Shown here: piece after piece, positions 13,685-26,361 of the stretch
How the letters are laid out: each line of letters starts with the position of its first letter
Numbering within the stretch: position 1 is the stretch's first letter
Assembly (NCBI GenBank): GCA_965112155.1
Contig: OZ218101.1
Direction: 5' to 3' (one strand)
DNA: 64,000 nt
Source of the DNA: Podarcis liolepis
Lineage: Eukaryota
Made by a program: the position numbers and the translations under genes
Notes under the pieces: model-generated
The model's database searches: none
What the model was told of the DNA's origin: nothing
The model's input: only the letters and a program-made list of their open reading frames with translations

Positions 13685-16600
13685 CTGGAGAAAGGCAGGA
13701 AGGGTGGAGAAAAGAAACTGTTTGTTGCTATGGAGATATTTTTAACACCAGAGGTTATCACTTAAAGAAAACAGGAGGGAGGGGCACAATTCATCTGGGA
13801 AGTGTTTCAATTGGGGAGGGGGAAGAGAAGAGGAATGTTCCAGGGGGAGTCCTTCTATAAAGCAGTCAGATAAGAAGGGCATTTGGAAACGCAACGCCTA
13901 TGAGCAAATATCCCTCGCAGCCAAAGTATCATGGCAGCCAACAGACTTTCCTAGGCTGAGGCCTGCAATGCATTCTACCAGCAAAACCCCATTCCTCTGG
14001 GGAAACCATGAAGAAAACCTCGGATTTCCTGTCTACAACCCTATCCACAATGCACACACACCCCTCACCACCGCTCACAAATTCACTGACTTTTCTAGCA
14101 TGTTCCTGTACAATAACAGGGAAAAAGTTGAGAGCACACACTTGGGTGAGAAATTTTATTTAAAAAACAACAACAAGAAAACTAGAAAGGTCATACAAAA
14201 ACCACCACAAAAAACAAGTTATTTTAACATCCCTCTAGATAATATATTCCCTGTCAATTTATATTTAAAAGATGAAGAAAACAAGTTTTTCAACAAATCT
14301 CAAAACATTGTTGTATTGTGGGTCTGAGACACTTTTCTGGCTGTCTTACGGACTATAGCATTTCAGCTGATTATGCCTGTCACATCAGAGAGGTCATTTG
14401 AAAGGTTGCCAGCTGCACACCAGTGTAGGGCCAATCTAGTCCTGACAACAGTTGTGCATGTTGTAAACACGTAAACTGTCCAAATCACAGAGAGAGAAAA
14501 GAGTGTGCATGCCTGACTTTAAAGCAATGTACAGGTGTTGAGTACAGACTTTCCCTCACCTATGGCTTATCTGCCATTAACTTCTGCCTACACATCTGCA
14601 AGGTGATGGGCGGGAGGCGGGGGAGAGAGAGTTAATTTATTACTCCAAAGAAATAAATAAAACATAGTTAGCATCAAACTAGATCTGTTGACTGAGTAGT
14701 GGCAAAGAGACCTGGGTAGATATGGCCTCTGGAAAAATTGGGCTCCAGGTCTATTTCTCTGTTGTTTTTCAATTTATACATCCGACTTTCTTCTAGGCAA
14801 CATCTTTCCACTCACTGCTGAAACCTGCAATTCTTTCCCTGCTCCTTTCACACACCTCCAGCCCTTAATGAATGGCACTGCTGCTATAATCAATTTCACA
14901 ACCCTCCCTGCCAGCTGCATCTCTCTCTAAAAAAATAAACCGCACACACCAGGATAGCACTGGACAACATTTGAGGGTTGACATGCACTACACAAAATCC
15001 CTCCAAAATAGGTGCAACAACACTTTGCACAGCTGGTGTAGCTTATTGCTCTCTCGGCTACAGCCATAGTCCTGCAACATGGGTATAACAAGGAAGGACT
15101 TTTATCTGCTTGGTATTGGGCAAACTGCTTTAAAAATTGTTTTAATTTAAGTAAGAGTTTTCCCAAGTTCAAAAGACAATGAACTCCTGGTTTTGCTGCT
15201 GCTTTTGACTTGATACACTATTCCCCAATCACAGCTACACTCGAATCCTGGATAAATGCATTGTTTTCTATAGGGCAGCAACCCCTTCTCCACCAGGGAA
15301 GACCAGAATAAAAGGTGGAAAAGTGAAAAGCAAGCAAAGGTGTTTCTTCTCTAGAGTTTCCACAATCGGGCTGCACATTTTGGGTTCTAAAGGTGCTATA
15401 AACTTTCTTTTTCCTTTTTTCCTTAATGGAAGTGGGTGATCTGGGCATTACGGTGCATCTCTTGCCCACCCCAGCCCCACAGGCACCCATATCTTCACAG
15501 CCAAGCTCTGAAACACAACCAAGCAAAAAGCTTCTGGAGAGAAGGTCCATGAAGAGGTAAGCAATAGGTACACAGTGGAGTCGGCACCCAACCTACTACA
15601 CTCACATTGCTATTAAAATCCTCCTCCTAACAGAGTGTTTCAATAGACAAAACTGAGCTGAAACAATCACATCTCCTTTGGCCCTGAGCTGACATGATTA
15701 AGGAAAAGGAGACATGTAACTGATATCTCTAAGTCAAGACACAGAGAGTACCACCTAGGAATGCCTCTCCCTTTCCCCGTCAAACTGTGCATTCAGTACA
15801 GCTGTTTCAGGAGGAGTTTTAATCTGGTATTTGCCGCTGTTTACTCTGGAAAGGGCCTTCAGCACTGTCCTTATTTGTTTTCCTTGAAGCCTCGTGGAAT
15901 ACAGTTTGAATTAATTAAGCTATGGGACACCTCGTGAAAGTCAGAGGCAATATTCCCAGTGGCATGTGGTAGCTATAAAAGCAGAACGTTTCCAAGGGCG
16001 TCTCATGTAAAATGTTGTTACATATACAAATAAGGTGGCGCTGAACTCTTGTTGTTCGTGCTCAATGTCCATCCTCAGAAGTCCAATGTGGCTGAAGAAC
16101 AGAGGTTCAGAACTATCTCCACTACTAACACCTATAGATCCTACAGAGACAAGTGGGTCCTGCAACAAAATGCTGCAGCATGGGAGTGCTCCTAGTCAGC
16201 CAACCATTCCTTTTCTATTCTGTTCCTACACACCCCATTGGCACTCAGCAGACACAACTAACATACATAAAAACAGCTCCAGATCCACCACACCCTGCTA
16301 AAATTAAGATCCCAAGGCCTAGGTGAATAAGAATGGCTCTGCCTGGTATCTAGAAACAGGCACTGGTGTGCCTCCCTGGAGAGCACACCCCATTAAGAGG
16401 GGAGAGGGGCCACCATGGAAAAGGCTCCTTCTCCTGTTGCCACCCTCCACACCTCCCACAGCAGGTCACACAGAGTAGGGTCTGGGTTGCTTCATGTGGG
16501 GAGAAGAGGCCCTTGAGGAATTGGGGTGCTGAGCCACATAGGTCAAAGCCAGCACACGCCACCCTCTGAAAACAACCATCCAAGTCAGATTGGTAGTGGT

Positions 16601-18321
16601 GCTACCTAACCCCAGCTCAGACAGTCATTCCAGAGGCATAGAATGACCAATGGTGTCAAAAGCCCTTAAGAAATAAATTAGCGGCAACAGGAACACACTC
16701 TTCTGTCTCTCTCCTAACAGGGTAATCCAAAGCAAGCCTACATCCCAACTGAAATGGAGCTAAAAGATTGGTTTCACCCAGGATACCCAAGATCTGTCCT
16801 GCAACCCCACAAGAACCTTGCCCAAGAAGGAAACATTAGTGACTGACCAATTTCTAAGGAGATTTTCTGAATCCATAGAGTGTTTCTTAAGGAGTGGTCT
16901 TAACACTATCTCCTTTAGACAGGTGGGGGGCCCACCCCCTCTTGCAAGGAGGCTTTAATCACCTCTCTGATGTGGTCAACCCTGCTGTTTTAAAAAACCA
17001 TGAGCATCAAGGGAGAAGAGCAGAAGGAGTTGCCCAAACCAAGTCAAGCACCTTGTCCATGTCCATAAGTCTTGCTAACCGAAACTCATCCAACACAACA
17101 AGACTAGAAAGTGCTCCATGATGCGTTGGAGGATGAAATTGTCTGATTGTGACTTTAATCACTGGACTTTTCCCATATACAAGATGCCACCTTGCCCTAC
17201 TACACAATAAGTTAAATGCACCATATATAACCACTACCCATATTTCAGTATGCCACATTGCTATCTAGCCCCTCAACACAGGCTTCAACATACTGAACTG
17301 ATTCTCTTCTCTTTTTCATCAAGGAAAAGGGGTACAGCAAGTTGACTGCTTCTTGATTAAGGATCAGAACAGGTAAAGTTCTGATTGACCTGTGCTTGAC
17401 TAAGCTCTAGAACCACCACTGGAAGCAAGCAACTCCCATCATCCCTGGGGTTTATGGGAGCTGGAGTCCAGTAACATATGGAGGGCCACCGGTTCCCCAG
17501 TCCACACCCCTGCTTTTGAAGATCTCACATTTTATTGCTACAGGTAGAAGTAAACAAAACCTTTCCATAAAACAAAATTAACAGAAGGATTCGTCAGGAC
17601 CCATCCCCCCCTCTCTATATATATAGCATTTTAAGGATGGCAGCATTCTTACAAGCAATGTCTAAAAATGTAGAAAGGAAAATAAACCCAAAGACATAGG
17701 CACCTATAGAGCTGCTTTGCTAATAAGTCTGATCTCCAAACTATTTGTACATATGACTATTTTCACCTGAAGTCTGTAAGTCCCGTCCCAGTGATTTACC
17801 AGCTCTAAATGCCAGTTTGTTTTTCAAATATGGGAATGCATCACAAAATATATATTCATAACATTAAAATGCGAAGTTCAAAAGCAGCCCTGAAATGAAG
17901 CGTGTCCACACTCTCACACTGCCAAAGCTGTGCCGCTAACTAACCTTCCAGAAATGGAGCATATATGTTAACTTTGGCTGTGTATCAGGGTATCTATTCC
18001 CACCCCCCACTACTTACTCACGATCCCCATCCTGCAAAGCACATCAAGAACTGACTTCTTATTGAAAATGACTGGCACCTATTCAGGCTCAAGGTTATTA
18101 ACTTACAGGGGTTTATATTGTTTCTTTCCTCGCCCTGCTCACAAAATATACTAATTGCACGCTTGAATAAAGAAACAGAACAGAGAGCCTGGAGATATTT
18201 CGACATGTTGAGAAGGAACACAAAGAGAGACTCCAACCACGTGCACAGTTAGAATTATGTGTGACACCAAGCATCTTCCACATTGTAATTCAGAGTAGTG
18301 AACTTCAGAAACAATGCTTGC

Positions 18322-18459
18322 CTCGTATCCCAGTCGGGCTGCCCTTTGCAGAAGAGTTTCTCCAGCGTTCTTATTGACAATAAGCCTTCGGGCTTCTGGC
18401 GGCATGGGACGACTTGGGGGAGTCTCCTGAGGGGCACTTGCAATCTGCAGCTGTGAGGG
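18322..18459 (-). CDS. BCOR: BCOR exon 10, intact 3' part ([46 protein letters not shown])
   Basis: 138 nt in frame. The 3' boundary is fixed by phase and homology at GAG|GCAAGC (GC donor). The 5' boundary is inferred from the internal acceptor tgcctgtctcttcAG (18461-18460) and is less certain. Confidence 0.75.
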
Positions 18460-18593
18460 CTGAAGAGACAGGCAATAATGAGGGACTCTGCTGCTGCAGG
18501 CGATTGTACAATGCCTGTTCATGTGATTTGACTGGCGAAGAGTCACAGTCTGAAGGAGTCTCTGGTCGCTTCCAGATTCTCATTAACTATGAC
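18460..18593 (-). pseudogene. BCOR: Frameshifted 5' part of ancestral BCOR exon 10 (VIV / [40 protein letters not shown])
   Basis: Homologous to human [20 protein letters not shown]...LQQLLPAS but with an extra base at ~18584 and another at ~18463. The full ancestral exon 18322-18593 is 272 nt, not a multiple of 3, between two phase-0 junctions. Confidence 0.7.
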
Positions 18594-18925
18594 CTGTCAA
18601 AATCATTACTGGATTCCACACCCCACCCACCCATCCTTAATAATTCATTGAAAATCCATTTTCCCTTCTCTCTCTTTTTAAAAGTGTAGTAGTGTTGGCT
18701 TCTAGATTTATACCATCTAAAAGTTTAAGATCAAAATCCTGAAAGAATCGGAGGAGCCCTCACAGTAAAGTGGATTGAGCGCTGCAGAACAATACAATGT
18801 GTTTTAAAGTAAACAGAAAGGGCTTGGAAGTACCACTACATAAGACAACAAGCTAAGCATTTAAAGTGGCTGATATTAGCCAAACCTGAAATATTAGTGG
18901 GACAACTGGGTTGAAATAAAGATAC

Positions 18926-19254
18926 CTTCTCCTCAGCACTTTCGAGATCAGTGACATCATCTCCTGTCAGGGATGACCTCCTTCTCCTCTCCTGCAGTGC
19001 CAAATGTTTTGTTTTACACTGACGTTTCCCTGGTGGCTTCTCACAGTCGCCATGTTTCTGCAGCAGGGATGCAGCTTGGAAATCTTCTTCCTCGTCTGTG
19101 CACAGCACATCTGTCTTCCAGTTTTCTTTAATTTTCTGCTGCTTGGCAGCCAACCTTGAAACTGGAGTACAGCTTGGCTGGGCTTGCCTTTTGCTGTTTA
19201 TATTGGTAGATGAAAGTGTCTTCATGTGCGGAGATGCTGGGAATGGAGGGATAC
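18926..19254 (-). CDS. BCOR: BCOR exon 9 ([12 protein letters not shown]...ESAEEK)
   Basis: 329 nt. Acceptor atttAG (19256-19255), donor AAG|GTATCT. Within ORF 18836..19318. Confidence 0.94.
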
Positions 19255-21964
19255 CTAAATGGGGAGGAAAGGCATTGTACATTGCATAGTGTGTTGAAAG
19301 GAAAGAGAACACACACACCTAACATTATTTTAAAACTTTTACATTCACATTAAGCAATTCCACATTTGGACTAGAAGCAATAAAAAGTAATTGTATTGGG
19401 CGGGTACATCTGCTAAACAAAGTTTGCTGTTCTGAGATCTAAGCACAGTAAACAACCACACAGTCTAGCACTGCACCATCTAAGCATCGTGGCAAAGTAG
19501 ATATGAATCAGGCCTCCTTCTCAGTGTACTTGTTTATATGGATGCAGATGAGAGAAGAGGCTTCCTTACCTGTAATGACATGCTAGCAAAGTGGGAATAT
19601 ACTGCTCTTTCAGGTATAGAACTGCTGAAACCTTTCCACCTCAGGAAACCCATTTTTGCTTTTTGTAGAGCAGAGTGGAGTGTAAAATTCAAAGGACACA
19701 GAAACGGTTTCCATAATCAGAAACGCTGGTTGAGTGCCCAATTCCCATTTCTGCCTTTGAAAAAGTCTCCCTTTGTGCACCAAAAATGAGGAAAGCATTG
19801 GGTCTGTTTCTTGCAGCATTCTGAAAAGGGATTCATAGATCCAAACAGCAATTTCTCAGTGTTGTATGGCTCTTAACCATTAAGCAGCTGTCTCTCCTGT
19901 TTGCTGCATTGCAAAGACCTAACTTTCAAGAGTTGCCTTTTGCAAGGATGTCGTGTACAGAAACAGGATATAGTGACCTTTTCAGCTTCTCTAAAATACC
20001 AACAATGCATTTCTCATAGCTTCAATGTTCATTCCACTTTTGTAACATTCTACTGACCATGCCTGAAGAGAGAAAAGGATTCCCCGAGACATGAAGGAAA
20101 TGTAAAGAAAGCAAAGAGGTTCATGATGAGTTTGTTTACATGACAATTTTCAGGTAAGAGGAATCAGAACTAAACTTCTACAGAACCCAAAAGGGACCAA
20201 CAGAACAACTGGAATGAATAAAAATGAATGACACGCTGTGGTTTTAGAGTTAGAACAGTATCTGAATTCACAGTGCATCAAATCAAGGTTTCTTAAATTC
20301 TGTTTCTGTAAGATTAAGCAATGTATGAATGGAATAGAAACCAAGGGCTTGACTCATGAGTCTGATCTAATGAAGGATTCTCTTGTCTTAAAAAAACTTT
20401 TAAAAAACGTATAAGAAAGTGGTGAATCCTCCAGCTGTTGTAGACTTAGGCCTAGTTTTCACCAGGGTGAAACTTGTGGCTTTACTTTTCAAGTAGGAAG
20501 TAGGGGCTTGCACTTCAATGTTCCTCTGTTCCAAAAATAAATAAATCTCCCCATACCTGGAAAACTAGCATGTTGCAAAGAAGGCTCGTTTTCCATATGA
20601 TTGCTTTCCGGGCGCAGGGAGTCTTTTTGTATGGGAGAACATTCAACGATTCAGATCTCTGCTCTCAATAACAGAATTTTCTCCCATATAAAAACAAAAA
20701 ACCAAAACTCTGCCTATCACGGTCTGAAATGGTAGAGGCCAAACTATGTGTTACATTAAATGCATGATTTGATTTAATATGTTTCAGGTTTTGTTTTTAT
20801 TTTAAGACACAGCAGCTGCGATCTGGAGTACAGCACATGGGAAGGGCATTGACCCTTTCCCCCTGCACCACGGTCCTGATTAAAATCCCTCCCTTCTCCA
20901 GCTGCTATTTGCTCTTACAGGGAACCTGCTGTTGGTACCTATAGCAGCTCTGAGGAGCGATATTAGTCAGAACAACAGTGCAAGGAGAAAGGGTTAAACA
21001 AGAATTTAACATAACATATAATTTGACCCTCAGAAGCTCTTTCCCAAAGACCTGCTCCCAGTTGGAGATGAAATCTTATATTTCAATGTTATAGTAGGTT
21101 TCTACAGATTTTTATTGTGTATGACAGCTACGTTGCTTGTCATTATATTTAAATTGTCATTTTATTTCCTGTGAACTGGTTTTTAATACAATCTATGTGT
21201 AGAAGATGCAGCACATACAAAACTGACGACGACTAATTAGGAAAGAGAAGAAAGAAGTGGTAAAGCAGGCTAGGTAGAAGAACTCAGCTAGTCTGCATTT
21301 AACCACAAAGCGGAAAAGATTTGGGAAAAGACACCTGTGCACCTTTCCTGTCATAAAGAGAATGGAACACAAGGAGACCTCTTTCTTCCCTCCAGCTTTC
21401 CAGAGCAGGAAAAAATTAACTCAGAAGTTCAAACCTAATGGAGCAGTGAATTCCCACAAGTGGTTAAAAGACGCAGTACTCTTCATACTATCTTCCTTAA
21501 TCTACACTCATTCATATGTGTCAAAAATTGTTATGAAATCAAAATCATTCCTGACTGGTAAAGATGAAGGGGGGACTGTTATGAAGTCAAAAACTGTTAA
21601 GAATATCAAAAAGCAAAAATGACCAAAAAGAACCTACAGACAAAAATATTTTAGGTTTTTGGTATTCTCTCTCTCCCCCCCCCCCCCAATTTGAAGCGGG
21701 GAGGGAATCACACGACACAGACAGCACACACATCTAGGATGTGGCATTAAAACACAATTAGCACCACACACTACAGATTTGGCAAAACAAGCATAAGTGG
21801 TTTAATAGTGGCACTTTAAGTCCTTTATATGATCATAGTAAAATTTTATATTATATATAATATAATATAAAACTTCTACCCAAAAAACTACTGACAGCTT
21901 CTTAGCACTGGTGGCAGCATGCGTCACTAAGTAATGCTAGATTTCCCTAGTAATCTCTGCATAC

Positions 21965-22318
21965 CTTGTTCATTGTCACTTGTTTTGAGGGACTCTTCAG
22001 ACCAACTTCTATTGCTTTTGACCTCTGACCTTTTCTTGGTGTGCCTTTCTTCTGTGCAGTCTTTGACCTTTGCAGTGGCCTCTGGCTGAACAGCCTCAGC
22101 TAAATCTTTCCTGCTTTGCCGGCCCAACTTGCCGGGTGGGGATCTCTCTGGTGACACCTGCTGCTCCCACAGTTCCCTAAGATGCTGCAGGTGACGCTGC
22201 TTTTTGGGATGGAGCCCTGTTAATTCAATGCACACCTTCAGGTTGGTCACCTCATTACAATTGGGCTCTTCTAAGTGGTTAGAGGAATTGTTTGTCATTT
22301 CCCTCTCAGGCCAGTCAT
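21965..22318 (-). CDS. BCOR: BCOR exon 8 ([11 protein letters not shown]...SDNEQ), including the AF9/MLLT3-binding motif NLKVCIEL (22221-22244)
   Basis: 354 nt. Acceptor ttccattAG (22320-22319), donor GTATGC. Overlaps ORF 21927..22298. Internal alternative acceptor at 22218-22217. Confidence 0.95.
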
Positions 22319-22650
22319 CTAATGGAAAAATAACTAAAAATTAATCAAAAGGCCCTCAACTTGAAACAAAAGCTATAGTTCACTTGTGGGGCAGATTGTT
22401 TCAGCTTCACCACCACACTATGCATTTTTAAAAGATTAGCTCAGGAGGGGTTTGCATGCACTACAGCAATTTGCATTGGCCAAAGATTACGTTGTCCAAT
22501 GACTATTCTTGTACCTTGTAGGTACCCAAACATAATTCAGGTGAGGATTTGGGATTGGCACAACACAGGTCATAAATGGACATAGGTTAATCCAAAGAGT
22601 GTTCACTTCACAAGCCATGCCTTAAAGAATGACCAACTTGGCCGGGTTAC

Positions 22651-22929
22651 CTTTGGAGTTTTTCCTCTTTTTTGCTTTTGATGCAAATTCATCTTCCTGC
22701 TCCTCTACAAAGTTTTCTTTAAGGCTTCCATCGTTCTGCATTTTCTCACCAGAATGTTTACGCTTCCTGTCCTGGTGGGGGCACAGGGCCTGGTTGACAT
22801 CTTCTGCAGACTGGTCGCTGGCCTTTTCATATACAGTAAGTCTTTCCACACAACTGTCTGCTGGAGGACCTTTCTCCTCAGGAACTTCAAAACCGTGGTC
22901 CTGGGTGCTCTCTGTATTATGAAAATCAC
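22651..22929 (-). CDS. BCOR: BCOR exon 7, with basic NLS-like clusters DRKRKHSG and KAKKRKNSK
   Basis: 279 nt. Acceptor after a T-rich tract, aatgaAG (22931-22930); donor GTAACC. Within ORF 22622..22969. Phase 1-1 fits the neighbouring exons. Confidence 0.9.
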
Positions 22930-24973
22930 CTTCATTTAAAACAAAACAAAAAACAAAAAGGGTTACCACATCACTAACTCAACGAGCATCTTGTGCAATT
23001 GCTTCCATCTCTTCGGAGCAATTGTAGCACCAAGTGCGTGCTTGTAAAGAGAATTTACGAAGTAGATGAAAAAGTTTAGACACAACTATGGATTTTGGTA
23101 AGGATGAATATTATTACATCAAGGACCAACAGGAAAATTAGACGTACACTAATATTGCTGGTATTTCACTAGGAAAAGTAGGTATGATGCAAAATATTGT
23201 TTTTCTCATGATGCAAAATAACCAGTTGTCATGAATTAATTCTAGTGGCTCCAAGTTCAATTTGCAAACCCAGGGAATGAAAGACGTGTGACGATACACC
23301 ATAACCTGAACTGCTGGACACACTTATTGCAGGGATGGGAAACCCTTTTCTGTTGAGAGTCACGTTCCCTGGAGAGTAATTAATCAGGGGCCACATACTG
23401 AGGGCCAGAGTGAAAAGGGAGAAGGGCCAATCCGATTTGCTCACTCTCTCTGCTTCCCGCCCCTGCAGCCTGCATGAAATTAGGCTGACGCTGAAGGTGG
23501 CCCTCTCTGACCTATGACCCCACCAGTATCCACGTATTCGGGGATTTAGTAGTGCAGTTAACATACTGCAATGCCACTCGTCTTCAAAAAGTCTACAACT
23601 CTCTTCCTTTTGTGCAGCAGGCCTTGAAAACCTGGCTGACATTTTGTATCCTCAAGGTTATGCTTAACCTTAGTCAAGGATATATACAATATAACAAAAA
23701 CCACAGTCTTCAACCAACAGACAAACATTTCTGAACTAGACCTAAAAAAATCAAAGTTGTTTATCAACAATGCATAAGAAGGATCCCATGCCTTGAACCT
23801 TGAATTTTTAAATTTTAAAAACTTTTTCCCCCCTGTGCAATCCTGTTAAAGCTTCTTTGCCCTTCCCACATTATCTTTCTCTGTAGATAAGGATTTTTTA
23901 AAGGATGCAGCCGGAGCCCTCTTCTCATGTATCTGCCTCTGGTCTCCTTTGTTCCCACCCTCCCGCACATTCCTCCTCTAATTTATCCCATCAATCTTAT
24001 CACCCGCTTAACTTCCTCCTCTTCCATTTTGCTGCCTGCCTTATCTTCTCCTTCCATCAGCCCCCTTCTTAAAAGTTTGCCTGACACCTGCTACTTCAAA
24101 AAGCAGACTGAAATGAGTTTTGAAACCCAGCAAAGGAAGATTATAAAACAGTGAGGGTTAAACTGAGCCAATTTACAGGAGCAGCTCGTTTACATTGAAA
24201 CTTGATGATGTCAAAGCACAAGAATCTACACAATATTTAGTGTTGTTGCTATTATTATGAGTTAGATTTACATGCAGATAAAACTGACAGTAGATTAATA
24301 GGACTAGGTTACCCTCCTATCATAATATTTTTAGTTACAGTACATTGAAACAAGGTTTGCCTGGGACTGGTTTATAGGAAGGGTTCAACATGTATTGAGA
24401 TTATAGGGTGAAGAGAACAACATCATGCTCCAAACATTAGCTTTGATGAACTCATGATGACCAGCAATCTAAACAGGTGTTTCCCTTAACACAGTTCTAG
24501 GCGGTTCTTAGTGTGATTTTTTTTTTTTAAAGGGGGTGTATATCTCAAGATGCCACACAAAATGAAACTTCCTTTTTTTAGCATGTGTGATTTTGCTGAA
24601 ATATAAGATCTTTTACAGATAATGAAGAAAATGAGGTATAAAATTTTGTTTGCATTAAAAAATGATGAGCAAGGCACACAACCCTGGATCAAATCTACAA
24701 AACGTTTGGATCTGCAAACTTGGAAAGAAGGAAAATACTAAGACTTATTTTTCCTCTGGTATAAAGACTTGACTGGTGGTATTTCATAGTCTTTATTATT
24801 TGATGTTCTATTGATGGATGCTGGAAGAAAGCATTCGCTCTAATTTTGTATAAAGCCTCATTAGTGAATACAAGCAAGCTTCTTGCAAATATTTAGAGGA
24901 TTGGGATGTTGCTAGCCCAGAGAAACGTTCATGATTTGAAGATTATAAGTAAACCTGAAATATGACTCTAGAG

Positions 24974-25222
24974 CAGGGGTCAGCAAACTTTTTCAGCAGG
25001 AGGCTGGGTCCACTGTCTCTCAGACCTTGTGGGGGGCCGGACTATATTTGGGGGTGGGATGAACGAATTCCTATGCTCCACAAATAACCTAGAGTTGCAT
25101 TTTAAATAAAAGGACACATTCTACTCAGGTAAAAACACACTGATTCCTGGACCGTCCGTGGGCTGGATTCAGAAGGCGATTGGGCCGGATCCAGCCCCCA
25201 GGCCTTAGTTTGCCTACCCATA
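24974..25222. mobile_element. hAT (Charlie-like) MITE
   Basis: CAGGGGTCAGCAAACT ... AGTTTGCCTACCCATA ends; 8-bp TSD ctct(a/g)gag. Confidence 0.8.
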
Positions 25223-26361
25223 CTCTGGAGTATTAATTCATAGTTACATAAGAATTTTGCAAACCAAGCTTAAACTAATAGACCAACCATTTAAACGAAA
25301 CACTAAGGCATACAACCATCAAGCACAGCTCCCATATAACTATCATTAGTTCCAATGGGTCTTGAATAACAAGAGCTCCAGTGGACCTCAGATGGATTAC
25401 ACTCCAGGCTGTTAACCTGTTTTTGACCTGAACCATAACAAAAATCTGCTGAATAGGTTCTCTACCATTTCCTCTGATGGCACCACCTTCTCACTTAGGC
25501 TGATTCACATCTCTAACCCAAATCCTAAGTCCAGTTTCTAAAACAAGTTCAGGTGTTTGGACCAACCCCTAACCCCCATTCTATCAAGAGTGGATTTTTA
25601 GAAAACACATTATGCCCACATGTGTGCTACACTTGCAGTTCAGAATCAGCAGTAACAGAAGGGCCCAAAGGGAGTGGGGGGGGGGGCAGGAATACACACA
25701 GGGATTTGGTCAACAAACCAGTCTCTATGTGAAATTGAAATAGGGCTAAAAACAAAACAAAACCCAACTGACTGACTGATAAGTCCAGCAACCAAGAAGT
25801 CAAATATAGGGGGAAAGTTTCTGTTCTACCACAAGAGCCTGATAGAAGATGACTTCACTAAACTTTTTTATTAGCATTCCGTACCAGTTTGCTACCTACT
25901 GAGAATCTGTTTGGGGAGGAGGGGAGCTTTAAATCAAAGACAGTTCTTCTTACAGATAAGAAAGCACACAGGAATATCAGCCTAAAACAAGGTCATTTCC
26001 CTCCTTTAACAATCTGGGAATTCCCTACATCTAAAAACCAGGCAAAAAGGAGACCCTGAATTTACAGAGATGGTGAAGTCAAGTAACCATCTGCTGCATG
26101 TGTGTGTTTCATGCAAGCTTTCCTTACAACTCCTCAGGATAAGGCCATTTCAGGTCTTTCTTGCATTCCAAATCTACCACCACAAATTGCATGCATTTTC
26201 CAGCTTCAGTCCAACCATGATAACACAGAAACTAAAATACGACCTTGCATTCCACAGCAAGAATGAAAATAGTCTACTTCAAGGACTGTTTATTGCCCAG
26301 AGTACACTTATCATACTTGGAGCAACAAATAATTTGTAACTTTGCCTTAAGTATACGTGAA

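Noticed and set aside
18588-18597. AG|GT at the old exon-10 acceptor as a recursive splice site
   Set aside because: GTCATA is a poor donor and the intron is under 0.5 kb; the GT is simply the Val codon.
21838-21879. Small AT-rich inverted repeat downstream of the exon 8 donor
   Set aside because: Low-complexity TA sequence is self-complementary by chance; too short to call.
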